Origin: Ginkgo biloba
Taxonomy: Eukaryota; Plantae; Ginkgophyta
Assembly: GCA_024626585.2 (NCBI GenBank)
Contig: JANKJI020000004.1
Span: 164,308,151 to 164,335,342 of the forward strand
Direction: 5' to 3'
Length of the DNA stretch: 27,192 nt
Position 1 is the first letter of the stretch, and each line of letters starts with the position of its first letter. The notes under the pieces were generated by a model, which worked only from the letters and a program-made list of their open reading frames with translations, had not been told where the DNA came from and did not search any database. The translations under genes were made by a program, and so were the position numbers. Positions 12,801 to 24,191 of the stretch are shown one piece after another.

Positions 12801-15800
12801 AGTGTGAATATGACATCAAATTGGTTGGAGTCGAAGAGGAAGTGGCCATATTAATAATACTCAAACTTTCTAGATCAAAGTCCCGCCAAGACAGAGAACT
12901 TGTTAAGTGATTTTACCCTAGTTACAGTTTATTTTCGTCTTTCTCAAATAATATGGATTAGTAGTAATTTGACTGTTTAGATTGAAATTTCTTTGTCCTA
13001 AAAACCATTCAGGTAGCTAACCATAATTTAACTAGGGTTACCACTTTGATTAGGATTACAGGTCTGAACAAGATGAGAGTTACAATTGACTATGCCTTTT
13101 TATTAACCCTAAAGGCTGCCCCTGGGTTTATTGAGCCAAGTGATAGGACCCAGTTCCACAAACATATCAGAACACATGATCAGTATGAAGTCCTAGACAT
13201 ACAGATATAAGTACAAGAGAATGGAACAAATATGCTTGTGTGACACAATCAATGACTTTTGCTACTACACCAAGCCCTTCTTTTATTCACCCCAATTTTA
13301 AGATAATATTCTCAGTAATTAAGGTTGGGGCCGGACTAGGTTGAGATACACACATGAAAGATGTTATATCCAACTGGGATCTGGTTATGATCACCATTCA
13401 TTTTGGCACTGACTCTTCCCTGTGCTGGGTTATTTAAGGTTTTATATTTTGAGTGTGTGGATCCTTACTTTGTGTCAGGTTTATCTTATAACGGCAATGT
13501 TATGAGACCCAATTTGTGTACTTAGGGTTCAACTGCTGTAATTAACTATTACTATGAGGTTTGTTAACCCTTGCATATGTGGTTAACCAGTTTAGGGTTT
13601 CAAGATCTATATGTGAGTCTTCTAGGAGGTTGCAGTACTTTTGCTATATACACACCCTTACACCTCATTTTAAATTCATCACATGAAGATTGCTTTGGCT
13701 TAGATGTTGAACGGTAAGCCCTACCAGCATATGGGCAACTGGACATGACCAATCTAAAAGAGGGCAAAGTTATTTGATACCAACTAATCATGCTGATATA
13801 TTAAGGGGCTTCCATTGATGGATTTATGTTTTTACCTTTCAACAATGGTGGAATATTACCATGTTCATATTCCTGAAGAATATGAAATTTAAATTCTATG
13901 AAACATGTCTAACCCAGCTCCTCTATGTTGATCAAAGCCATTCAAAAGCTTACAAATAGTAACTAGCAATCACTGGTTGATTCTGAAGAAAATGGCATAT
14001 TTCTCCAGTTCCCAAATTGAAACTTTCATCCAAAAAGGAGCTCATCATAATGCATATAAGTAAAGTGCAACATACCTGGAGAGTTAAAGGGCTGGTGTGC
14101 TTAGTGACCAAAAAATTGGTGAAAGTAGTGGGGTACTACGAGCTTCCATNNNNNNNNNNAAGAAGGTAGAATATAATTTTCACATCCTGCCTTGCAAGTG
14201 CTATGGTTATCCCAAGAACATTAGGTTCCATAAGTAATGTTGCAGGAAGCAGAAGCACTACTGCAATAGGAGCCATGTACAGAAGTAGATTCATGGAATT
14301 CAGCTTCTCCCTGTCATTCATAAAAAAAAAAAAAAAGGACCAATAAGTTTCAATTGTTATAGAGGCACACCATTCAAAATCTAATGGCACTTTACAATTA
14401 AAAAATTCACCCCCCTGGATTCCAACCTGTTTACACATTCATAATTTACAATTAAAAATTCAAATAGATCATAAGAAAACATATTTTTGATGCCTTCTGC
14501 ATCCATAAGCATTTCAACTTTAATTTCTAGTTGAAATATTCTATTTCTAGCTCAACTCTACCATATTCTAGCTCTGGTTCAACTTAACAATTTCCTACTT
14601 CTGGTTCTGCTAGCAATCCAGTTCAAGTTCTACATACAACTTGGCAATGAACTTTAAGGCAATGCTTGTTCATTGTCAGTAATTTTTCCAATTAATAGAC
14701 CTACATTATATATCAGAAAGAAAAAATTGCAGTGAATTATTCTTCCAATAATACTAACGTTGTTGAACACACCAGGATTGCTTCTGACCAAGAAGGATTG
14801 CTAATATTCAAAATTCTAGATTAACAGAAAAAATGATTGGGTACAGGAGTCCTTGACTAAAAAATTCATATTTACAATCATGCTTATGTTTTCAGTCCCA
14901 TACACCATGAGGCCTAAATAGGTATTAAAATCAAATCGATCCAACCAATAGAACCGCCTTTTCTTAAATACAAATAAAACAAGAAAAGACTATTAAAAGT
15001 ACCCTTCCGAAGAGAGCAAAAGCCCCTGCAACACGGTTTTGAGAGCCCTTGCACCAGTTGCTGAAATGCACATNNNNNNNNNNNNNNNNNNNNNNNNNNN
15101 NNNNNNNNNNNNNNNNNNNNNNNNNNNNNNNNNNNNNNNNNNNNNNNNNNNNNNNNNNNNNNNNNNNNNNNNNACCTAAAAAAATTAATTAAGTGATATT
15201 TTATAAGAGTATGATGACATTTTCAAGGAACCATAACACTTTCCTTTACAAAAATCCTATTACACAAGCCATTAGTTTAGTTATAAGGGAACCACTACCT
15301 AATGGGGTAATTTGGAATTCAATTTTAGATCACAAGGAGATCAAATCAAATTACAGTTAGGGTACATCAAAACTAGTTTTCTAACATATAGATAACTAGT
15401 CATTCTTATGCCAAATAAAGATGGCACTTGGAACATGTGAATAAATGTTAAATACGTTAATAATATCATAATCAAGAATCAATACCCTCTATCCCAAATT
15501 GATGTTTTAATCAATTAGGTTTAATAAGAAAATCTCTTTAGTATATCACCTAGTTCAAATTATAGAGGAAGATGATTGGAAGACTAATTCCAAATTTAAG
15601 CAAGGGATCTTTGAATGGTCAGGCATGCCCTTTGGACTAACTAATGTACCAACCACTTTCATGAGGTTGATGAATGTTGTCCTTTGACCAAAGATGCACT
15701 CTTTTTGTAATTATTTATCTTAATGACATATTAATATTTATTACACTTAAGATGAATACCTTGTGCACTTAATAATAAGCTTATAAAATTTTAGGAAAAA

Positions 15801-16270
15801 TAAACTATAGACAAATGTGGGTAAATGTAATTTACCCCACTGGCAATGACGACCCCTGTGACTACAGGAATAAGCGTCACATACGTTAACCACGCTTCCC
15901 TTTTAACTGTCATTATGTATGCAAACACTGCAGTAAAGAATGGCGTCGTTGCACCAACTGCCTGGTTAAAAGACACCGGCAGGTACCTCAATGAAATATT
16001 CCCACACACAACAGAGGTGCAGAAAATTACACTAAGCGCTGAGATCTTCATAAACTGTAAGCGAGAACGAATTGTCTGCATTGGCACCATCTTCATCCAC
16101 GCTATTGCGACATAGCTGAACAGCGAGCAGGCGATCATATGGCACATCGTGAGAAAGATCGGGTACCGAAACCCATAGTTGCTCAGCAGGTATTTGTTCA
16201 ACAGAAGGACGCCAATATTCGAGCAGTACCAAGCCCCCACCAGTCCTATGGTAAATACTCTGCCTGTCAT
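6673..16270 (-). CDS. UUAT: Nucleotide-sugar transporter, TPT/DMT family (probable sugar phosphate/phosphate translocator, At3g11320/At5g05820-like; UDP-uronic acid transporter clade); 4 exons: join(complement 16270-15836, ~15106-15003, 14310-14076, 6819-6673)
   Basis: Spliced translation [45 protein letters not shown]...[17 protein letters not shown]...VVIASG | ..[24 protein letters not shown] | [16 protein letters not shown]...[15 protein letters not shown] | [48 protein letters not shown]. This matches the family as I know it end to end. All visible junctions are GT..AG with consistent phase. Substrate and exact orthologue are inferred. Confidence 0.93.
7470..8490 (-). mobile_element. Degenerate Ty3/gypsy RT-RNaseH fragment inside intron 3 (chromovirus/CRM-like motifs), same strand as the host gene
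   Basis: Reads [18 protein letters not shown]...[22 protein letters not shown] at 8253-8242, and RNase[18 protein letters not shown]...FFSENLN...YDLEFY..VQAL...[13 protein letters not shown]. Confidence 0.9.
9524..9784. repeat. Diverged tandem duplication, ~140-bp period, 2 copies (intron 3)
   Basis: TCAGACCTGATAGGAG..CAGCTGACTCAAAAG..ATTACAAA..ATGACCAGACTATACTA..ATGCAA.CTACAAATAT at 9524 and again at 9664. Confidence 0.9.
10586..11276. repeat. Diverged tandem duplication, ~375-bp start-to-start, 2 copies (intron 3; copy 2 spans a gap)
   Basis: Shared blocks ATATAGTTGTTC..AAGCATGTT, AATCCCCC, ACTGTGACA...TTTGCCTTAAT.ACAGCT, TGTGAATAA, GGCTGATAAT, TGACTAGG..ATGTTC, GCTTA.CATATTA at 10586-10926 and 10961-11276. 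Confidence 0.85.
14076..14310 (-). CDS. UUAT: Transporter exon 3 (contains a 10-N gap and an anomalous 29-nt patch)
   Basis: Acceptor T15-ATGAATGACAG|G at 14311/14310 completes the Gly codon. Reads [50 protein letters not shown]...[15 protein letters not shown]|GTATG (donor 14075). Confidence 0.9.
15003..15073 (-). CDS. UUAT: Transporter exon 2, visible 3' part (5' ~33 nt and acceptor hidden in N gap 15074-15173)
   Basis: Reverse strand reads [25 protein letters not shown]|GTAC (donor at 15002, phase 2). Homologues have about GEPSFHLFGFI before this, which would lie in the gap. Confidence 0.9.
15174..15833 (+). mobile_element. Degenerate Ty3/gypsy reverse transcriptase fragment filling the visible part of intron 1, antisense to the host gene
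   Basis: Reads [73 protein letters not shown]....RKNKL*TNVGKC. Confidence 0.9.
15836..16270 (-). CDS. UUAT: Transporter exon 1 (145 codons from ATG 16270; frame stays open upstream into the gap at 16344)
   Basis: ORF-track 15791..16333. Family homology ends at AGT GGG, followed by donor GTAAAT at 15835. Confidence 0.93.
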
Positions 16271-16789
16271 TTTGCCACCCAAGGATTGCAGGGGATTCGA
16301 TCCCTTGACCAATTTATCCTTCCCTTGAGGCAAAGGACTAGCCNNNNNNNNNNNNNNNNNNNNNNNNNTATGCTATAAACAATATAGATCTGCTTTCCTA
16401 CAGGCAGCCCCTGGGGTTACTGCTTTCCACATGGATGTATAACTGAAGGAGTTTTGTATTGATGCTAGATTCGATTTACAAAGAGCAGAAATGGATAAGC
16501 AAAATGTTCCCAATTGTTTTTTTCACAGATGGGCTATTGCCAAATCAATATAATTTCAGAGCGAAGAAATACCCAACAGCTGAAATGCAAAAGAATTCGT
16601 CCTGTAAACGGTTCGAGGTTAAAACGAAATGCAAAGTGAAAGCAATTGGGAGGAGGTTAAAACTCAAGTACACTTCTGGTACTTCAATCCCATTTATCTT
16701 TTGCTGAATACCCGACTCAATGGCTTTGGCGATGGGCAAAGCCTCGTTCCTAGGCAAAAGAAGAGGAAGCCCACATCAAAACCCGCATG

Positions 16790-16812
16790 TATATATATAT
16801 ATATTTATATAT
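16790..16812 (-). promoter_or_regulatory. Candidate TATA box within a (TA)n tract upstream of the transporter
   Basis: Minus strand GCATATATAAATATATATATATATAC, ~520 nt upstream of ATG 16270, followed by a pyrimidine-rich patch (GCTTCCTCTTCTTTTG). Positional inference only. Confidence 0.35.
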
Positions 16813-19332
16813 GCTCTTTCAAACCTTGGGCCTAAAAGCCATTGTTGTATTAAGCTTGGGCCCTGTCAAACTTTGGTTGTCTTAGATCTTGGCTTTCTTT
16901 GTTGTCGAATACTTGTTATTATAAAGATGGTGTATAGTGCACACAAAATTGGCTTGCTTCTTGTCTAATAGGTGTTGTAGCATATGGTGTAAAAACTAAC
17001 CAACTTATAGTTTTGATTCTAAGACTTCTAGAGGAACTCCATTGTCATACGCGTACCATTATGTAATGTTTGACGAGTCTTATTAGAGTAGAATGATGGC
17101 TAAAAAGTAGATGAAAACCCTTGGACTGAGGACACCCTCAATGCAAGGTATAATAGATAATAATGAGTGATGCCTAGGTTTATTTTAATCCCTCTAGAAC
17201 CCTTCTCAAATATCAAAGGAGAGAAAATGATTATGACCTAGAGTCTAGCTCACTCCTAGGGTTGTCCCAAACCCCAAGAAACCCTATATGGTATAATGCA
17301 ACATCAAGTGAACCTTTGATAGGTGGCACCTTATGCTAGAGGAACCACTTATCCTTTCCTTTGTCAACTTTCTCTCTCCTAATTCCCTCACCATTAGGTT
17401 GATCCAACATCTATAATATCATAGTATAAACATCACTTATGATCTTCCTTTTTTAGACGTCCTTTACTAGTAAGTGATATTTTCTTCTTAAAGGATCTCT
17501 TTAAGGATTCAATAGGCCTACTTCTCATGGTTGACTTGGGATACATCTTACTAAGCCTCTTTTCCATGTTTGATTTGGTAATTGTTGGTACTATAACATC
17601 TCTCCTCATGCTACAAAGATCAGTATCCTCAATGAGGCCCATTTCTCTTTGTACACACCTAAAATTGGCCAAACCTTTACCATTTTATGCCTAATTAATG
17701 TTATTAACCAGCATAGCCGCTTGGCCTAAATTAAAGCTAAAATATCCTAGCCTAAAGCCTAATCTAGGATTAATGTCCTAAATACCTAAAGGTCAATCTN
17801 NNNNNNNNNNNNNNNNNNNNNNNNNNNNNNNNNNNNNNNNNNNNNNNNNNNNNNNNNNNNNNNNNNNNNNNNNNNNNNNNNNNNNNNNNNNNNNNNNNNN
17901 NNNNNNNNNNNNNNNNNNNNNNNNNNNNNNNNNNNNNNNNNNNNNNNNNNNNNNNNNNNNNNNNNNNNNNNNNNNNNNNNNNNNNNNNNNNNNNNNNNNN
18001 NNNNNNNNNNNNNNNNNNNNNNNNNNNNNNNNNNNNNNNNNNNNNNNNNNNNNNNNNNNNNNNNNNNNNNNNNNNNNNNNNNNNNNNNNNNNNNNNNNNN
18101 NNNNNNNNNNNNNNNNNNNNNNNNNNNNNNNNNNNNNNNNNNNNNNNNNNNNNNNNNNNNNNNNNNNNNNNNNNNNNNNNNNNNNNNNNNNNNNNNNNNN
18201 NNNNNNNNNNNNNNNNNNNNNNNNNNNNNNNNNNNNNNNNNNNNNNNNNNNNNNNNNNNNNNNNNNNNNNNNNNNNNNNNNNNNNNNNNNNNNNNNNNNN
18301 NNNNNNNNNNNNNNNNNNNNNNNNNNNNNNNNNNNNNNNNNNNNNNNNNNNNNNNNNNNNNNNNNNNNNNNNNNNNNNNNNNNNNNNNNNNNNNNNNNNN
18401 NNNNNNNNNNNNNNNNNNNNNNNNNNNNNNNNNNNNNNNNNNNNNNNNNNNNNNNNNNNNNNNNNNNNNNNNNNNNNNNNNNNNNNNNNNNNNNNNNNNN
18501 NNNNNNNNNNNNNNNNNNNNNNNNNNNNNNNNNNNNTCTTTCAAAAATGGATCCCTCCATGAAATCCTCATTGACCATTGTCCCACAACCTTTTCTTCAA
18601 AAAATTAAAGGAAAAAGGAAAGGTCAATTTAATCCATCTATACAAATCCCTGATGATGCCCTTACTACTAAAGTAGTTGGTTAATTGATAACTAGTACGA
18701 CCTAGGAGTTAATAACTAGGGTGGAGGAGTTAGATCTTGAGTTGATCATTTAGTCCAACCAAGATCAGAAGGAGCAATCCTTAGTAATGAGAGAATATAT
18801 TTTTTGTTAATTAAAATAGGCAAGATGGTCATCTTTCCCCTGAAAGAACAAACTTCTTTGGATGAGGGTGTTCCTACTAATATCTAGACATATGTACATT
18901 TAATTTGATAGAAAGTTATAGCTCCCATCCATCTATAAATATTAGTAGAACTTACTCGCTTAAACACAAAGGTGTCCCAAACTGAAACAGAACAAGGGTG
19001 AAAATGAGATCCTAAAGAGTTAAGTTGATTACTTTTTCCCCGCTTAGATGTTATTTCTTAACAGCACTTTCTAAGGTTCATCTTCCTTAATTCCTCAACT
19101 ATCCAATTTGCAAGGAGGGTATGCCTTGCCTTTGGATGGTTACAATGCCAAGCCCACCCTTTCATATGGGGAAGCAACATAGGTCCTAGTTCACCCTGTG
19201 AAGCTTCATGCTCCTCAACAAAGGCACAAAGGAAGGATCTAACAAACTTTTCAAGTTTCTTGCAAGCACTTTAGGATGGCACACAAGAAGAAGAACAATT
19301 GACAAGTGTAGTTGCTCTCTCCTCATCTTTGG

Positions 19333-19860
19333 ACTTATGATCCACCCAAAAATTATATCTTTTGACACAGAGATTATTGTTTTCGATCCACTCCAATTTG
19401 GAGTGGGTACCATGTGATATTATTTCCAATTCTTGGATAAATAAAGGCCTATATATGGAATTATGTGTGTATCTGAATCCTTTCTTTTGTCTTATGTGAC
19501 ACACATGGAATGGAATCTTGTAACATAACTGCCATCATGCAGTTTTTCATAAAGGTAATGAACCTTAATGGCTCCTCATCCTTCTCTCTCGAGTCTTTTG
19601 GTTTTGTGAGCCCTTTTGGGTTCCTCCAACATAGCTAGGATTTGTAGCTGTGGCATGTAGCCCATTTGGGCAGATTTCATAGTTGAGATTTAGCATTTAC
19701 TTTTGTTGATCATATAGTGATGTTTTTATTTGTTATGATCCCAAGTTATCTCTGTATTATTTAGATTTGAACAACTTAACTCTGTATTAGAGGAACTTTG
19801 ACTAATTTTCAAACATGCTTCCACATAGTGTGTGCCTTACAAGGAGATTTCAAATCGTAA
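19333..19860 (+). repeat. LTR (family B, left copy), approximate bounds
   Basis: 19335-19505 aligns by eye with 26006-26167 (TTATGA.CCAC..AAAA.TATATC.TTGACA...GATTATT.TTTTC; GAGT.GGTAC.ATGTGAT; ATGGAAT.AT.TGTGTA...TCCTTTCTTTT.TCTTATGTGACA), with weaker similarity further on. The end ATCGTAA mirrors the start TTATGAT. Followed by a PBS-like site. Confidence 0.65.
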
Positions 19861-19872
19861 AGGTATTAGAGC
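19861..19872 (+). promoter_or_regulatory. Degenerate iMet primer binding site
   Basis: AGGTATTAGAGC versus canonical TGGTATCAGAGC (10/12), directly after the inferred LTR end. Confidence 0.55.
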
Positions 19873-20198
19873 ATGGTTACACCTATGGGAAAATGAAAAG
19901 NNNNNNNNNNNNNNNNNNNNNNNNNNNNNNNNNNNNNNNNNNNNNNNNNNNNNNNNNNNNNNNNNNNNNNNNNNNNNNNNNNNNNNNNNNNNNNNNAATT
20001 AAGAGCAATATTTTAATTGATTTTTATCATCACTAATAGGCTCAAACTACAAAAGTTGTTGGTGGCGAGAACTAAAGGCGATGGTAGTGAGATGAAATAT
20101 TATTATTTTGATGATTTTTCTGATCAAAGGCTTCGAAGGCAATGTGGTTGGTTGCATGGGCTAAACCCAAACCTAAAAGAGTTTTCAATGGTCTATCA

Positions 20199-20925
20199 AT
20201 GAGGATCCTACTACTTCTATGGCACCAAGTATTATAAGGAAGGTATCCTTTGAAGGCAGAATAAGGGTTACATAAATTGGAACTCATTCTAATGCTTTAT
20301 AAGTTTTTTATTCAAGAAAATCAAATGTAGTGATTGATGAAACTAATCAGATTATGCCATCACCTTAAGAGGATGGAAGTGATTACAAATTATCACAAAA
20401 GAGTAAAGAACATGAATTTGTCAAGTTATTTGATTCAAATTCTATTGATGAAAGTGATGAGGTTGAAGTTGAGGATAGAGATGGCTCTAGAATTAGGAAG
20501 TCCATTAGTTATGGAACTTTAGCTATAACTAATCTTATTATATAAGGAGCTCTCTATTTGGAATCTAAAGGTGTAGATGATTATCCTTATGACACTAATT
20601 ATCATATCAAACACAACCTAGCAGATGACAAAGATATCAAACATCAAATTTTATCTTTTGGATGCAAATCTAGACCTTGCATAAGGCTTTTAGGTGTAGT
20701 AACTCTTTGAGGGTAGTAATATTATTTTGATATCATCTTGAATGCCTTCAGGAGAGGCGATTAAAAGACTTAGAGGAGAAAATCTTATCTTATGCTTCAT
20801 AGAGTTTGCTGACACAAGGCATATAGCCATTGCTTTAGATGAAATTTTATCTAAAGGTGTATTATATAGGTGAGGCATCCAAGTGACCAGAGACTATCTT
20901 TTGTAGTATCTCTTAGACCAAGACA
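20199..20925 (+). pseudogene. Decayed, apparently intronless fragment of a nuclear speckle RNA-binding protein (NSR / RNA-binding protein 1/2-like, RRM) gene
   Basis: From 20754: EAIKRLRGENLILCFIEFADTRHIAIALDEI, then frameshifted YYIGE..RLSFVVSLRPR (20891-20923). This resembles the NSR RRM C-half as I recall it (E.KR.GG...VLCFV[DE]F.D..CAA.AL.ALQGY..DE......LRL.F.R.PGPR). With frameshifts, 20199 onward resembles the M.DPYY.YG N-terminus. Many stops and indels. Confidence 0.55.
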
Positions 20926-23676
20926 ACCTAGTGCTCATCTTAATTTAGTAAATAAGAAATTTAAAATTATATGGTTTTTGTATATTTCAGACTCTAACTT
21001 TGATAAACATTGCCTAAGTTGCTCTTAATGGTGTTAAAATGGAGGATAAGACTTTTATAGTCCATTATGCTACAACTAATGGTCAACTAAAACCATAATA
21101 AGAGAATGTTTTAATATAAGCTCAATAAAAAATAACACTATAGAAGCTTGTTAGGAGCAATAATGATAGTACCTCAATGGAGTTACACCTAGGTAAAATC
21201 ATCTTTGACTATCATGGATAGTCGTACCTTCTCTTAAATGGAAAAATAATATATTTTATGTGTGCAAAATAAGATGCACACTACTTATTTGACAAAATGC
21301 CACAATGAATTAATGTTATTTAGGGGCGAGCAAATTATAAAAAATGAATAACATAGGAAATCGAACTTAATGGAGTTTCATTGAAATATANNNNNNNNNN
21401 NNNNNNNNNNNNNNNNNNNNNNNNNNNNNNNNNNNNNNNNNNNNNNNNNNNNNNNNNNNNNNNNNNNNNNNNNNNNNNNNNNNNNNNNNNTCAATTAGTC
21501 CTTCGACAACCCTTTGGCAGTATACTAGTAGATTTTTACTTTTTTTCTTTGGAGGAGATTTACAAGAAGTACCAAGAATAAGATTAACGATTGACCAAGT
21601 AAAGTAGACACAAGGTGAGTGAGGACAACCAAAAATTATTTTTTTGTCCTTTAGATGTGGAAATTTATAGTGACATTGATATCTAGTGGAATTTGTAGAA
21701 GAGGTATACACAGAAAGTATAATATAAAGTTATTCTATGATATATCTGCTCCAGTTATTTTAATGGTTCTCTATCTCACAAATGCAGTAAGAGAATAGTG
21801 TTGACAGAGAGAATTAGTTTTTAATGAAAGAACCTAACTGTACTCCCTAAACTAATGCAAACCAATGGGAAGCTATAGTCTCCTGTCCATTCTTTAATCA
21901 CACATATGACTATGAGAAATCCATGTAATCCTCTCTCTTACACGCTCTATTAAAAAAAATTCACTCAGCACAGGGGGGAAAAAAAGAAAAATGTATGAAT
22001 GGATTTAATATTATGGCACCGCGCAACACTCTGCTCTATTTGGGGCCATATGCCTTCACTCTAAATGATTAAAATGACATAAAGTATTCTCGTCAAATTC
22101 AGTCGTCTGTAATTGATTTCAAACATCCATAGTCTTTTCTTGATCTAAAAAAAGTCCTCCAATTAGTGGCAACAACATATTTCTTTGGTTTTTTCCACAA
22201 GTTAGTCTAATGTTACTTTTTAATTTATTAATGGTGCTTAAAGTCACTTGGAGGAAAGAGTTTATGGAAGCTCATATGACCATGGGTGGATTAATGAGGT
22301 TTAATTTTATTTTGATTATCTTTTTTTTTAAATTTTGTGCTCTTAACCTTATAGTTTCTCCTTATGCCTAAAGAATACTTTAGTATCCATTCTATGCCAT
22401 TGTAAAAATATTTTATTCCTTGTATAATGTATTAATTTATTTGTAGTCACATTAATCACTACTAAGGTTTTAAACCCTAAAGCATGATCATTACTATGTA
22501 GGTGTTAGTTGCATCCAACATTATAAATGAGTTTGATTAAATTTGATTATTTGCTCCTTTAAAATGTGTTATTCTTGTGTATGAACTACTACCATATCCT
22601 TTGAGTCAAGCTAAAGTTTGTTCTACTTATGTTATAATTCCTAACTAATTTATCCATTTCAAATATTATGATCATATCATTGAAATAACCAAGTGTTGTT
22701 CTATTGATCAAACAAGAAACATCTATTCTAGATACTAGTTTATCCTACTCTATATTGGTGTGTTGCATAAAAAATCCCTTTCACTATTCTTTATATCAAC
22801 ATAATTGGCGACCATATTGAGGAAGAAATGGGAAGTTGTTCCTTCTCGATCCCCTTAATATCTTAGGTTCTTCATCTTATCACTTTGACATACTAATGGG
22901 GAATGCTCATAGGTATGGATGGCCTATCCTTATGATCAACGTACTAGTGGGGAATGACCATATGTGAGTTATAACATAATACCTTATTTCTTCATGCCTA
23001 TTCTACCGACTAGTCCCTTTCCTATTACTCTTCATTAAAAATTTATCTTTCTATTTTACTTACTTGATTGTGAACCTCTTTTTAATTTTTTTTGTGAAAC
23101 TAATATCTTGCAGTTGGCGATCATGCTTTGTCTAACCCTTACTATTATGTAACCTATTATTATGCATAATCACTCTTCTATTAATAATTCACTATATTAA
23201 TATTCTCTCCACTTTCTCTTTGCCCCTGTACAGAAGAAGTAAGTGCATATTTCAGAGTATTAGCATACAACTATGACATCTATAGTAAATTATGAGCATG
23301 CTATCATTATCTTCAACAAGGAGATTATTTCTACTCCATGGGCCAATGGACAAGGCATAGGTCTTCGAAAACTCATAGAAATAGATACTTATGTTGGGAA
23401 ATCCATCCTCATCCCCATAAAGTTGATGTTGACAGGGGTCAACTATGAAGAATGTTATATTAATTCTTTGTAAATTTATATTNNNNNNNNNNNNNNNNNN
23501 NNNNNNNNNNNNNNNNNNNNNNNNNNNNNNNNNNNNNNNNNNNNNNNNNNNNNNNNNNNNNNNNNNNNNNNNNNNNNNNNNNACTAAAAATTAGAGTATA
23601 AAATATTGTTGCCTCTACGAGGTTTAACATCCATTTTTACATATGATATCACAAGATTTTTCTTGGTTACATAATA

Positions 23677-23945
23677 GGTGGTTACCTGAAAAATTATAGG
23701 CTATTTCCTAGTGGAAATAAAATTGCAAATGAGTTGTTTCCTGAAGAATCACTAGCTTCCCCCTTGGTAAAAGCATAGGTGAGAACCTAAAAAATTATAG
23801 GATGATGCCTAGTGGAGAGAAAATCAAGTGAGTTATTGACTAAATAATCGCTAGCTTCTCCTTAGTATCACTAGCTCATGCTTGGTAAAATCATAGGTGA
23901 GAACTTGGTAAATCATAAGCTATTGCCTAGTGGAGAGAAAAATGG
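23677..23945. repeat. Short tandem array, ~100-118-bp unit, ~2.5 copies
   Basis: AGGTG.G.ACCT.AAAAATTATAGG.T..T.CCTAGTGGA.A.AAAAT..ATC.CTAGCT..CTTGGTAAAA.CATAGGTG recurs at ~23677, ~23777 and ~23895. Confidence 0.85.
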
Positions 23946-24191
23946 ACTCACAAGGAAACTACTCGGTGAAATCAAAAGCACCCCCTTAGTTAGAACATAT
24001 CATTTTCCCATATAGAGAGTGATTCACTTTTGAGAAGGGCAAAACTAGAATCAAAGAGAGAGAGAAAGAACATGAACCAAAAATAAGAAGAGACCCCTTG
24101 CTCTTCACCATTCTCTTAGTCTTATACCATTTGAGGTTTATTTTTTTTTCTTCCNNNNNNNNNNNNNNNNNNNNNNNNNNNNNNNNNNNNN

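Noticed and set aside
15846-16378. Overlapping or antisense ORFs 15846-16115, 16032-16232 and 16139-16378
   Set aside because: Shadows of transporter exon 1 with no independent motif.
17000-19330. TE-like sequence with short ORFs upstream of the gene (e.g. KEVCSFRGK near 18840-18870 on minus)
   Set aside because: Probably retroelement debris, but only isolated motif-like words were seen; not assignable.
21860-22140. Non-repeat-looking patch as a distal regulatory element
   Set aside because: Compositional impression only; no motif or conservation evidence.
22790-23480. TCAACA-TAAT-TGGCGACCA as LTR end plus Tat/Ogre-type PBS, with a faint protease-like ORF at 23273-23473
   Set aside because: The PBS match is short and the protein similarity too weak to support by eye.
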